Source: an uncultured virus (IMG/VR IMGVR_UViG_3300025840_000014) (lineage: Duplodnaviria; Heunggongvirae; Uroviricota; Caudoviricetes). Taken from it: a stretch of DNA of 57,482 nt. This document shows, in pieces, positions 18,662 through 28,700 of the stretch. Under the pieces are notes generated by a model, which was not told where the DNA came from, made no database searches, and saw nothing but the letters and a program-made list of their open reading frames with translations. Made by a program: the position numbers and the translations under genes. The DNA lies in the IMG/VR virus record IMGVR_UViG_3300025840_000014. One strand, written 5' to 3'. Position 1 is the stretch's first letter, and each line of letters begins with the position of its first letter.

Positions 18662-21600
18662 TTGGCTCGCACAGTAAATCTGCTTTCGTCAGATGACAGT
18701 CTGTCCGCTCTTAATGCGAGCGGGGTTCTTCGCGACGTATCAGAAGTCAATCATGGGTGGACCCTTTCGGGTGGATCGGCCGCTCTGGTAGCGACGCAGG
18801 CCAACCGAGTTTCCCCTAACTACTTCTCTCTTAGAATTACTCCCGACAACGAAGTGACGCCTGTGCAAATCAACATGCCGTTCATTAACGTGGACCTCGG
18901 GCAGATTCCTGATACGGAAGTAATTTTCCATTGTCTCGTCAACTGCGAACGTCCCCTTTTGGCTGTTGGCAAATTGACTGAGTACACAAGCGCTTTCGGT
19001 GACGAGGATGGTGTTCGGTCACGAACCGAGGACGGCCGTTTTTCGTCAATACGAACCAACCATGTGCCGTTCGAAGCCGGGCAAACTAATAAAAATTTGA
19101 AAATTCGAGTCCAGTTCACCGAACACCAAGGGAATCCGATTTTTTTCACGATTCCTGTTTTGATGGATGACGATGCTTATCTGCGAAGCATGGCTGTTCA
19201 AAACATGCGGAAGCAGTTGCCCACATTTTATTGGGATATTGATTCTCAAGAAACGAACCCCGATAACCCGTTTTTCAAATTGATTGATATTTTGACTTAC
19301 GCAACTGATAATGTCGCTCAGTCGTATATCGAGATGTTTGATTACGAGTTGAACGAACTGTCTATTTTGAACGATGGGACTGAGGATTGGGCTCGCAGTA
19401 CGCTCACCGACGCCAAGTATGTTGACGAAGATAAACGTTTGTGGCTCGCGCAGTTTACCGGTGGCGATCTTAAGTCTAATGTTTCATACCAATCGTTTAC
19501 ATACAACACGAACGAATTTGTGAATGTTGACCCCAACGTTTCACCGTTTGACGACCAGTATTGGCTCACTGAATTTTATGGGACACGAAACACCGATGTA
19601 AGCACCACTTACACTGGGAGCGATAATTATTACGCGCTTCAGCATCAATATTGGAGCAAGTTGAATGGCACATACAACTGGGGCAACTTGCGTCAAAACA
19701 TGGACTATTTGTCTTGCCCGTATTTGCTCCGGGAGATGGACGACGATGCTGGCCGTTTGTTTTTCAATTGGGAATTCAACTTAAAATCGGCTGACTACAA
19801 TGTAAATCCAACCGATCCCTTTCCGTACGTCAACATGAATCTGCGTGATCCTCTTAGTGGAGGTTACTACGACATCCCTGCTATTGCTATGGAATGGTCA
19901 TACAACTCCCAAACTGTCCATAGTTTGAAACAAACGGATGACCCGACTGAGTGGTTTTACAGTGAGAAAGACCCTGCTTTTCAAGCATTGGCCCGCTTCC
20001 TAGGCAAGCACATTGTTATCGATCCATGTAGTTTCAACGGTTACTGGCGGCCATACCGGATCGGGTATATGACAAATCACGATTTCAACCCCGACAACAA
20101 GACGGCTACTACATCACTTCAAGAAATAAATTCATACGGGGGGCCGAGCGCGAATAAACTTGTTCTCGACCCGACCACTGTAGACATGTCGAGAGATATG
20201 CACCACGCAATTTTCGCGTCCCCATATACCGAAAACGAAGTGTATATCGCCAAATACTATGTGCAGGCCACACACTCGCCCGTAAGTGGTTACAACACTT
20301 TCGTCACCCAAACTATTGCTAATACATTCGGAAACGCGAGTTTCGGTTCCCGGCTTTGTATTTCTGGTTCTGGTAACGCCTGCGCAGCGTCCGACGAAGA
20401 CCACAACATTTACGTGTATCGAGAAGTAGTCAACAACATGGTTCAAGTCGGGAATGCTTTGAACGGCGAACTGGATGTTGTTGACATGAAAATGGACTTC
20501 GATGGCACGAATCTGTTTGTTTTATATCACGCCGGCGACTACATGGTTGTTCGCGTATACGAGTATTTCACGGCTAACAACGATTGGAATGTTATCCACG
20601 AAATGCGCATCGACGGAAGCCCACTGTATTTAGATGCTCTCAACGATTTCACCCCTCAGTACCGGCCCTACGGACGGCTCGTTGTTTCTGATGATGGCAA
20701 CACGATCGCGGTAGCCAACCCTGTAGCCAGCCTTATTGACAACAACCAAAATTTTGTATCCGACAATCATGATGGCAACCATGGTTTTGTTCGGGTGTAT
20801 AAAAAGCGTGACAACCAGTATCTTCAAGTTGGTGAAGATATTTACCGTGCTGTTCTGCAAGATCCTTCTACTTTGCCGAGCGGCGCATCAGTTGTTTTTG
20901 GAACATGTATAGATTTGGACTCTAAGGGTGACACGCTGGTTGTCAACTATGGCTGCTTGTATGATTTGATGTCCCCGGCCTTGATGAGGCCGAAATCGGA
21001 ATCCGCTGAGGATACTGAATGGCGAGAGTCCGGTCCTCCCGCTGCAGATGTTTATGATTTGAAACAGTCTGGATGGACTTTGCGAGAAACGCTCTCTAGC
21101 CAAATTGACTCAACATACTATATTGGTACGAGCCCTATTGAGCGTCCGACAATCGTTTTCCCGCAATCTGTAACTCTGAGCGACAACGGCGAAATCGTAT
21201 CAATTTTGCATAACGACAATTTTTTTGCTTCTGACGAAGTGTTGGAAACATCGTTTACATGGGACCGTGACCTAAAACGCTACAGGCGCACGTTTCAGGG
21301 TAGTACATCGGTTGAGACTACACCGGCGATTTCAATCAAAACGCTTCAGGACCAAGTGTTCCGCGAAAGGCCGATGCATCGCATCTCTCAATACGCGATG
21401 ATGCCGAAGTATGCGGATCTTTTTTCTAAGGATGGCTTCGATTGGTCGCTCACCTACGACTACACGAATCCCAACAATACGCCGTCACCACGCGTTTTGA
21501 TCGGATTTTCCAAATACGACAATGGCTATTATTTGACACGCAACAACGCTTTCGAAACTTTTTTAAAAACGAACGCTGGGACAATCGGCAACAAGTTTTA

Positions 21601-22210
21601 CGTTGAGCAAGGCGACACCGTCTGGGAAATCGGTTACTCGGGCCAATGGTGGTTTTCGGACCAATTGGGCGCTGGGGGGCCAGACCCGACAAACGAGGGC
21701 TACTACTGGGTTTCGTACGAATACATCGAGAAAGTTGTTGGTTCTGGCGATAGAACTCCAAGCAAAAATGAGTTCGAATCGTTTAACTTCACTGGTTTCC
21801 CACACAACAACATTGGGTGCAAACTCCATTTGGTCGACTCGGAAAACGACGAAACCGTGTTTATCGGCAACGGCGACTTTATTGAGTGGCAGTTGGCGAA
21901 CTCGTATTATGGTCGGTCTGCTGGTTCTCGTACGTCGATGGTTGGGGCCGTTCAACAGGTCCTCACCGGATCGAGAATTGTTGCTGTGTCGCCAAACTAT
22001 GAGGACCAGTTCCATCGTATCCATCTTCGCACCTTGACCTCGGAGACGCCCACGGTCGATCCTGTGACGACATCGTCGGGTGCGGTGCTGACAGCGGTGG
22101 AGCCGACACGGCCTGCCGGATTCATCTTCACACACGAGACAGTTGATAAACTGTTCATTACACTCAATAACATTGGTATCGGGCGACTCGATCTTTTCGA
22201 ACTCGGTTAG
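18662..22210 (+). CDS. Baseplate wedge (P2 gpI-like) protein with a large inserted domain
   Basis: LPTFYW...LWLAQFTG half-motif and C-terminal WQL...GS..SM..AVQQVL...RPAGF, separated by about 800 aa. TTG start. Confidence 0.65.
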   Translation: MARTVNLLSSDDSLSALNASGVLRDVSEVNHGWTLSGGSAALVATQANRVSPNYFSLRITPDNEVTPVQINMPFINVDLGQIPDTEVIFHCLVNCERPLLAVGKLTEYTSAFGDEDGVRSRTEDGRFSSIRTNHVPFEAGQTNKNLKIRVQFTEHQGNPIFFTIPVLMDDDAYLRSMAVQNMRKQLPTFYWDIDSQETNPDNPFFKLIDILTYATDNVAQSYIEMFDYELNELSILNDGTEDWARSTLTDAKYVDEDKRLWLAQFTGGDLKSNVSYQSFTYNTNEFVNVDPNVSPFDDQYWLTEFYGTRNTDVSTTYTGSDNYYALQHQYWSKLNGTYNWGNLRQNMDYLSCPYLLREMDDDAGRLFFNWEFNLKSADYNVNPTDPFPYVNMNLRDPLSGGYYDIPAIAMEWSYNSQTVHSLKQTDDPTEWFYSEKDPAFQALARFLGKHIVIDPCSFNGYWRPYRIGYMTNHDFNPDNKTATTSLQEINSYGGPSANKLVLDPTTVDMSRDMHHAIFASPYTENEVYIAKYYVQATHSPVSGYNTFVTQTIANTFGNASFGSRLCISGSGNACAASDEDHNIYVYREVVNNMVQVGNALNGELDVVDMKMDFDGTNLFVLYHAGDYMVVRVYEYFTANNDWNVIHEMRIDGSPLYLDALNDFTPQYRPYGRLVVSDDGNTIAVANPVASLIDNNQNFVSDNHDGNHGFVRVYKKRDNQYLQVGEDIYRAVLQDPSTLPSGASVVFGTCIDLDSKGDTLVVNYGCLYDLMSPALMRPKSESAEDTEWRESGPPAADVYDLKQSGWTLRETLSSQIDSTYYIGTSPIERPTIVFPQSVTLSDNGEIVSILHNDNFFASDEVLETSFTWDRDLKRYRRTFQGSTSVETTPAISIKTLQDQVFRERPMHRISQYAMMPKYADLFSKDGFDWSLTYDYTNPNNTPSPRVLIGFSKYDNGYYLTRNNAFETFLKTNAGTIGNKFYVEQGDTVWEIGYSGQWWFSDQLGAGGPDPTNEGYYWVSYEYIEKVVGSGDRTPSKNEFESFNFTGFPHNNIGCKLHLVDSENDETVFIGNGDFIEWQLANSYYGRSAGSRTSMVGAVQQVLTGSRIVAVSPNYEDQFHRIHLRTLTSETPTVDPVTTSSGAVLTAVEPTRPAGFIFTHETVDKLFITLNNIGIGRLDLFELG

Positions 22211-22218
22211 GGGTAATC

Positions 22219-22524
22219 ATGGCTGGCGCAGGCTTCAAAGAATTCCAATCAGAATCAGTCCTGACGGCGACACAAGTAAATACGTACTTGATGCAGCAGT
22301 CGGTCATGAATTTCAGTGACACTTCTGCCGCGTCGGCTCAGATCGTCGACGTTAACGGGTCGAGTCTGTTGTCTGAAGGCATGGTCGTCTATTCCCAGCA
22401 GGAAGAGCGTCTGTTTGTTCGCAATGGTTCTGGGTCATGGGATCGCGTGGGGACGAAAGACGAGATTGATGCTCAGGAGGCTCGTTCTGGCCAGATTCTG
22501 GTTTACATGGAAGTCATTAACTGA
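22219..22524 (+). CDS. Small virion / tail protein
   Basis: GFKEF..ESVLTATQVNTYLMQQ N-terminus is common in actinophage minor tail proteins. Confidence 0.55.
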   Translation: MAGAGFKEFQSESVLTATQVNTYLMQQSVMNFSDTSAASAQIVDVNGSSLLSEGMVVYSQQEERLFVRNGSGSWDRVGTKDEIDAQEARSGQILVYMEVIN

Positions 22525-22536
22525 TCGACTTCAGAC

Positions 22537-22545
22537 TGGTATAAT
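22537..22545 (+). promoter_or_regulatory. Extended -10 promoter TGGTATAAT
   Basis: Perfect TGn-TATAAT in the intergenic gap before the holin-like gene. Confidence 0.6.
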
Positions 22546-22582
22546 GTATAAGACGTAACCGACTCCTCCAAAGGGGATTCCT

Positions 22583-22798
22583 ATGAACGCCACTTTCATC
22601 AAAGATGCTGCCGAGCGCGCTGCCAAAACCTTCATTCAGGCCTATCTGGGTGTCTGGATGGCGACGGGCGCCGATTTTGACGGCCTCGCTTCCGGAGACA
22701 ACCTCAAGGCGGGTGTTGTCGCTGTTGCCCTTTCGATCGCCATGAGCATGGGCCTCAAGAACGTTGGCCCGAATAAGGGTTCTGCTTCCGCAGTCTGA
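22583..22798 (+). CDS. Holin-like protein (r1t family)
   Basis: DAAERAAKTFIQA motif, two hydrophobic segments, 71 aa. Confidence 0.7.
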   Translation: MNATFIKDAAERAAKTFIQAYLGVWMATGADFDGLASGDNLKAGVVAVALSIAMSMGLKNVGPNKGSASAV

Positions 22799-22870
22799 TT
22801 GGCAAATCTTTGCCCGGTTTAACCGGGTCTCTGATCTACAATTGAGTAGGTTTAGGGAGAAGAGGCGCCA

Positions 22871-23248
22871 ATGATCGCAGGCACTTACAACATTACATGC
22901 GAGCAGGGCGCGTCCTTTCTTCGCGTCATCAGGCTAAAAAGCCCTGATCCGACTGACCCCACGGGTGAAACCTACGTCGATTACGACCTAGAGAACTACA
23001 CGGCACGCCTACAGGTGCGTAGAACCGTGTCATCTGACTCGTTCCAGATCGAATTAACCACGGAAAATGGTGGGATTGTTCTGGAGAACGGCGGGCAAAA
23101 GGGTGAAATCCGTTTGATTATGACGGACGAACAGACGGCTGCCCTGACCAGCGACGGGGTTTATGACCTCGAAATCGAGTCAGCCGGCGGTTTCGTGAGC
23201 CGTGTCGTCGAAGGGACATTCACTCTGAAGTTGGAGGTGACGCGGTGA
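22871..23248 (+). CDS. Virion structural protein (Ig-like fibre adaptor)
   Basis: YNITCEQGASF...GVYDLEI...RVVEGTF..EVTR pattern, recurrent before phage fibre genes. Confidence 0.6.
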   Translation: MIAGTYNITCEQGASFLRVIRLKSPDPTDPTGETYVDYDLENYTARLQVRRTVSSDSFQIELTTENGGIVLENGGQKGEIRLIMTDEQTAALTSDGVYDLEIESAGGFVSRVVEGTFTLKLEVTR

Positions 23249-23556
23249 GCGAGGCTGTCCCCAATCAGGTATACGTGTATCAGGATTCTCCTAATTCCGT
23301 TACGGTAGAAGAAGATGCGCCTACGATTATCGAGGTTCGCACCGGAATTTCGTCTGGGAATACGCGACGCCACGTTCATGTCCAGTCATCTCCTGAAAAT
23401 TCGTGGATTGTCAACCATACGCTTGGTGGGAAACCTTCGGTAATGGTGGTTGATTCTGCAGATACAATCATCGTCGGTGATGTAACATATATAAGCAACA
23501 CGGAAATTCGCATCGACTTCACATCAGCGTTTTCCGGCTCAGTATATCTCACGTGA
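23245..23556 (+). CDS. Small tail-associated protein
   Basis: HVQSSP..SWIVNHTLG..PSVMVVD...FSG motif; similar to the C-terminal domain of 23569..24933. Confidence 0.55.
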   Translation: MSEAVPNQVYVYQDSPNSVTVEEDAPTIIEVRTGISSGNTRRHVHVQSSPENSWIVNHTLGGKPSVMVVDSADTIIVGDVTYISNTEIRIDFTSAFSGSVYLT

Positions 23557-23568
23557 GGCGGGTCCTAG

Positions 23569-24933
23569 ATGGCAACGAAATTCGTCACAAATCTTGATCT
23601 AAACGAGAATCAGGTTCTGAACGGACGTTTTGAGTCCCTCGCATCAGACCCGACGACGAACAACTTTGATGGTCGCCTGATCTACAACACGACCGAAGGC
23701 ACCATCAAGGTTTACGACGCAGATACCTCAACGTGGCGCAAAGCGCTCCACGCCCTCTCGTCGAACACCACCGCACTCACTATCAGTGAGTCTGCGGGTT
23801 CCGTCACCTTCTCCATCGCTGACTCTGTCGCGTCGGGCGCTTCCGGGTTGCTTACCGGATCCGATAAGCAGAAACTCGATGACGCCGCATACGTCAACAC
23901 CGGCTCCGTTCTCGCTATCCGTGACGCCAACGGCCGTCTGCAGGTTTCAGCGCCAGTCAACGATCTTGATGCCGCCAACAAAGCATACGTTGACGCTGCC
24001 CGTACCGGACTCGACGTCAAAGCCTCAGTGCGCGCAGCGACCACCGGAGCACTTAGCATCACCACTGACCTCGAACCCGGAGACACCGTCGACGGAGTCA
24101 CACTTGCTCAAGGCGACCGTGTTCTCGTAAAAGATCAGGCTTCCGGTGCAGAAAACGGCATTTATGTCGTTCAGGCATCTGGCGCCGCTGTTCGCGCTGA
24201 TGATGCTGACAGCACCGCTGAGGTTTCCCCGGGCATGTTCACCTTCGTTGAGGAAGGAACGATCAACGCTGACGCTGGCTGGGTTCTGACGAACAACGGA
24301 ACGATCACGGTCGGCACTACCGCCCTTGAGTTTGCCCTCTTCTCGGTTGCCGGAACGATCCTCGCTGGAGACGGCCTGTCGAAGACCGGCGATGTCATGG
24401 ATGTCAATGTCGCGGCGACCGGTGGCATCCAGATCACCAGCGACAATCTCGAAATCAAGATCGACAGCAACTACAGCGGCTTGACCACGACTGGTGACGG
24501 TCTTGCGCTTCATAGCGATGTTGCTGGTACAGGCCTGACCTTCACTAACGGCGTTCTTTCGGTCGACACCATCGACCTGACCAGCGCTTCGGGTAACGGT
24601 GTTAGCGGCCTGCTTCCGATCTCCAATGGTGGTACCAACGCTTCTACGGCTGCGGGTGCTCGTGGCACCCTTGCTGAAACCTCAGCCACCGGGCTTACGA
24701 CCAGCACCCCTGTTCTTGCGCGAGTTGCCGCGCAGTCGCTGGGTGATGGCACAAGCACTTCGTTTACTGTTCAGCACAACTTCGGAACGCGTGACGTAAT
24801 CGTACAGATTTACGATTCAACGACGTATGACACGGTCATCGCTGATGTGGTGCGAACAAACACGAACTCGGTGACTGTTGCGTTCTCGACTGCTCCCGCC
24901 TCGGGTGCGTTCAAGGCTGTCGTCACCGGTTGA
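23569..24933 (+). CDS. Tail fibre protein
   Basis: DAANKAYVD, GLDVKASVRAATT, GDRVLVKDQ...ENGIYVV, LPISNGGT fibre motifs. Confidence 0.8.
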   Translation: MATKFVTNLDLNENQVLNGRFESLASDPTTNNFDGRLIYNTTEGTIKVYDADTSTWRKALHALSSNTTALTISESAGSVTFSIADSVASGASGLLTGSDKQKLDDAAYVNTGSVLAIRDANGRLQVSAPVNDLDAANKAYVDAARTGLDVKASVRAATTGALSITTDLEPGDTVDGVTLAQGDRVLVKDQASGAENGIYVVQASGAAVRADDADSTAEVSPGMFTFVEEGTINADAGWVLTNNGTITVGTTALEFALFSVAGTILAGDGLSKTGDVMDVNVAATGGIQITSDNLEIKIDSNYSGLTTTGDGLALHSDVAGTGLTFTNGVLSVDTIDLTSASGNGVSGLLPISNGGTNASTAAGARGTLAETSATGLTTSTPVLARVAAQSLGDGTSTSFTVQHNFGTRDVIVQIYDSTTYDTVIADVVRTNTNSVTVAFSTAPASGAFKAVVTG

Positions 24934-24937
24934 TAAT

Positions 24938-24957
24938 AACCGCCTTGAGGGGCGGTT
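24938..24957 (+). terminator. Short stem-loop after tail fibre gene
   Basis: AACCGCC-ttgagg-GGCGGTT; no U tract. Confidence 0.35.
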
Positions 24958-24991
24958 CGACAATTTGACGATCAGTTGAGGCTGGTTCAGC

Positions 24992-25720
24992 ATGACAAGA
25001 TTTGTAGGGACGCCTGTAAAGGGCGTCGAATTCGCGAACTTAGGAGACGAAGCCGTCTCCGTCAGGGTCAATGGAGATTCTGTTGCGCGAGTCCGAATCG
25101 ATGCTGGCGGCCGATTCACTTGGTCTGATGGCTCCCAAACCGGAGATGTCAACCTTTACCGGTCTGATGGAAGCACACTCAAGACCGACGACACGCTATT
25201 TGCTGCAAATGGCGTAATTACTCTTACCACTTCCGGTGCTCCGACAACGTCGCTCCCTGATGGTGCGATGGCAATCGATACGTCAACTGATCGTCTGTAT
25301 TTGCGCAGCCAAGGTGCATGGGTCAAAGCAGGAAGTGCAAGCGTTGAACTCTCCGACTCCACACCGACAGGCGACATCGCTGACGGCGATATGTGGTTCG
25401 ACACCGACGACGGCATTCTGTATGTCCGTAACAACAATCAGTGGGTAAGCGCTACGGGTGCAATCGACTTGAACTCGTTGTCCGACGTAGATGCCGCCAG
25501 CCCAACCGACGGACAGGTACTCCAGTACAACACTTCGACCGCCAAGTGGGAAGCAAGCACTTTTTATGCGCTTCCGGCGGGCGGCACGACAGGCCAAGTT
25601 CTCACGAAAAATGACAATACGGACTACAATTATTCATGGCAGGATGTGATTTCGGCTGACGGTGGTGCCCCAACCACTTGGCTCCGTGCTCATGTCTCAA
25701 TCGATGCAGGCGGGGTTTAA
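24992..25720 (+). CDS. Tail fibre-associated protein
   Basis: GDMWFDTDDG, LNSLSDV..SPTDGQVLQY, PAGGTTGQVL.K fibre modules. Confidence 0.7.
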   Translation: MTRFVGTPVKGVEFANLGDEAVSVRVNGDSVARVRIDAGGRFTWSDGSQTGDVNLYRSDGSTLKTDDTLFAANGVITLTTSGAPTTSLPDGAMAIDTSTDRLYLRSQGAWVKAGSASVELSDSTPTGDIADGDMWFDTDDGILYVRNNNQWVSATGAIDLNSLSDVDAASPTDGQVLQYNTSTAKWEASTFYALPAGGTTGQVLTKNDNTDYNYSWQDVISADGGAPTTWLRAHVSIDAGGV

Positions 25721-28700
25721 ATGAGCGCAAATGTCGTAATTCAGTTCAGGCGAGGAACAGCGAGCGAGTGGTCGACCGCTAACCCCACCCTTGCCGCTGG
25801 CGAACTCGCGATCGAGACAGATACCAACAAACTTAAGGTTGGTGACGGAAGCACGGCTTACAACAGTCTTACCTACGTCTCGACACTTGAGGCAGGCGTT
25901 CTTGGGGATATCAGCAACGTCACCCTCACCAGCGAAGCCGACGGCGATTTCCTTCGTTGGAACGGAACCGCGTGGATTAACGATGCGGTTAACCTCGGCA
26001 CCGACTCTGTCGGCGACTATGTCCAGAACCTTGTTGCGGGAACCGGTGTAACGCTTGCTGATAATACGGGAGAAGGTGCAACGCCAACCGTTTCAATTGG
26101 CCAAAGTGTTGACACTAGCGCCGACGTAACCTTTAACACCGTTTCAGCGAACCTGAGCGGCAATGTCACTGGCGATGTGACCGGTGATCTGACCGGCAAC
26201 GCGGACACGGCAACAAGCCTTGAAACCGCTCGCACAATTCAGGTTTCTGGTGATGTTGCCGGCTCTGCAACCTTTGACGGCACCGCAGACATCAACATCT
26301 CGACAACCGTTCAGCCCGACAGCGTCGCCCTCGGAACAGATACTACGGGTGATTACGTCGAAAGCATGTCTGCTGGAACTGGCGTCACCGTCACCGGTGG
26401 TACCGGTGAAGGCTCAACGCCCGTAATCGCCATTGCTCAGAGTGTTGCAACCACGGCAGATGTCACGTTCAACAGTGTTGAGACGACCGCTGACGTAATC
26501 ATTGGCGGAGATCTAACGGTCAACGGAACCACGACAACGATCAATACGGCAACCCTCGAAGTTGAAGACAACATCGTCACCCTCAATTCCAACGTCACTG
26601 GCGCCCCAAGCACCGACGCTGGTATCGAGATCGAACGGGGAACTTCAACAAACGTTTTGCTCCGCTGGAATGAAACAAGCGACATTTGGGAATTCACCAA
26701 CGACGGAACAACTTTCTACCCGCTGCCGACCGTCATTGACGATGTTTCTGACGTCAACGCCTCTGGTGCTTCAGATGGCGACATCCTCGTTTACGACGCG
26801 GCGAATTCCGTCTGGCAGCGAACCACTCCGGACCTGAGTCTTTCTACTGGCCGAAGCGATGTCACGATCACCTCGGCACAGGATGGCGACTATCTCCGTT
26901 GGAACGGCACTGCGTGGGTCAACGACCCAATCAACCTTGGAAGCGACACCGTTGGCGACTACGTCCAGAATCTGACTGCGGGAACAGGTGTCGCTCTGGT
27001 CGGGAACTCTGGCGAAGGAGCGACCCCGACAGTTTCTATCGGTCAGCCAGTTGGAACAGCAGATGACGTCCAGTTCGGCACCGTCACCGCCAACCTCACC
27101 GGTGACGTTACGGGCAATGCTGATACGGCCACAGCACTGGAAACTGCTCGCACGATCTCGCTCAGCGGTGATGTTGCTGGGTCTGTTTCCTTCGACGGAA
27201 CTGGTGACGTTGACATCACCGCAACGGTTCAGGCAAACAGCGTTGCACTTGGTTCCGACACGACCGGTGATTACGTTCAAAACCTTGTTGCTGGCAATGG
27301 AGTTACTATTACCAACAACTCTGGTGAGGGCGCAACCCCGACCATCACTCTCGACTCGACCGCTAACGCGACCTTCGAAGACCTGACCGTCAACGGTCTA
27401 CTTGATGCCTCACATATCCATGGCCAGTTGGCTGGTCCTGTCTATTTGCACGTCAAGAACACCAGCGGTTCAACGATCGCCAAGGGAACACCTGTCTACG
27501 CTACGGGTTCGGTTGGAGCGAGCGGCGCCACGGAAGTTGCTCCTTCTGATGCGGCAACAGCGGGAACGATGCCCGCACTGGGTATGACAACCGCAGAACT
27601 CGCGAACAATGGCGAGGGTCATGCCGTAATTCTTGGTGTCATCGACAACATGAACACCAACTCGTACACGGTTAACACGGTTCTGTATGTTGCCGATGGT
27701 GGAGGACTAACCTCGACACGCCCGACCGGTGAGGACGACAAGATTCAGGCTATTGGTCGCGTCATTCGACAGGACCAGTCCACGGGAGAAATCCTGATCC
27801 TTGGCGCGGGTCGCGCCAACGACACTCCAAACCACCTCGACACCGACTACATCGATTGGGATGTTTCGTCGTACACGCCTACGTCGAAGCCGACCCACGC
27901 GGAAAGCCGCGTTTGGTACGACTCAGCAAACGACGCTCTCCGCATGGACACCAGCCAGACCGGTGTCGATATTGCGCTCGGTCAGGAGCGCGCCCTGTAC
28001 GTATACAACAACTCAGGGGCCAGCATTCCCGCCGGGTCGGTTGTTTACTACACCGGGGAAAATTCTGCCATTCCAACCATCTCCCTCGCTGATGCGAGCG
28101 ATCCTGACAAAATCAACGTTGCCGGCGTAACCAAGGGGACCATCGCAAACGGCGCCCATGGTTTCATCATCATCGACGGAATTCTTCTCGGTATCGACCT
28201 CTCGTCGTACTCCGTTGGCGATCGACTCCACTTGTCGGCTGCAACTCCGGGTGGACTAACAACCAACCCGCCGACCTACCCGAACTACGCGGTCGAAATC
28301 GCAGAAGTCCTTCTCGCCTCGAACCCGGGCTGCTATCGGGTCAACATCGTTTCGGAAGTTTTCGACGATATCCGCGTTCGGGAAGATGCCCGAATTGACG
28401 GAAACCTGACTGTTGCTGGAAACCTCAGCATTCTCGGAACACAGTCAACCGTTTCGGTCAACAACCTTGCTGTCGATGACTCGTGGATCTACCTCAACGG
28501 CGGCAACACGATTGAGACCACCTCATTCTCTGGTTCGGGCCTCAACGACGGAACGCTTGTTGGTCACTTCACCGGAACATCCAGCACCACCTACTACGTC
28601 CGCATTGACAGCGTGGGCGGTGGAACTGGCGGCGTTGACACGTTCGAATGGTCAACCGACAACTTCTCGACAACCGAAGCAACTGGTGTCGACATCGGCA

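Noticed and set aside
7173..22210. Bacterial contractile injection system or tailocin rather than phage
   Set aside because: Head-tail connector and neck genes, ThyX, RuvC-like nuclease, lysis cassette and the absence of host housekeeping genes indicate a phage genome; capsid and terminase presumably lie outside the window.
25721..25880. Diversity-generating retroelement suggested by the Mtd-like N-terminal domain
   Set aside because: No reverse transcriptase and no template/variable repeat pair differing at adenines seen in this window; this N-terminal domain is widespread in ordinary fibres.
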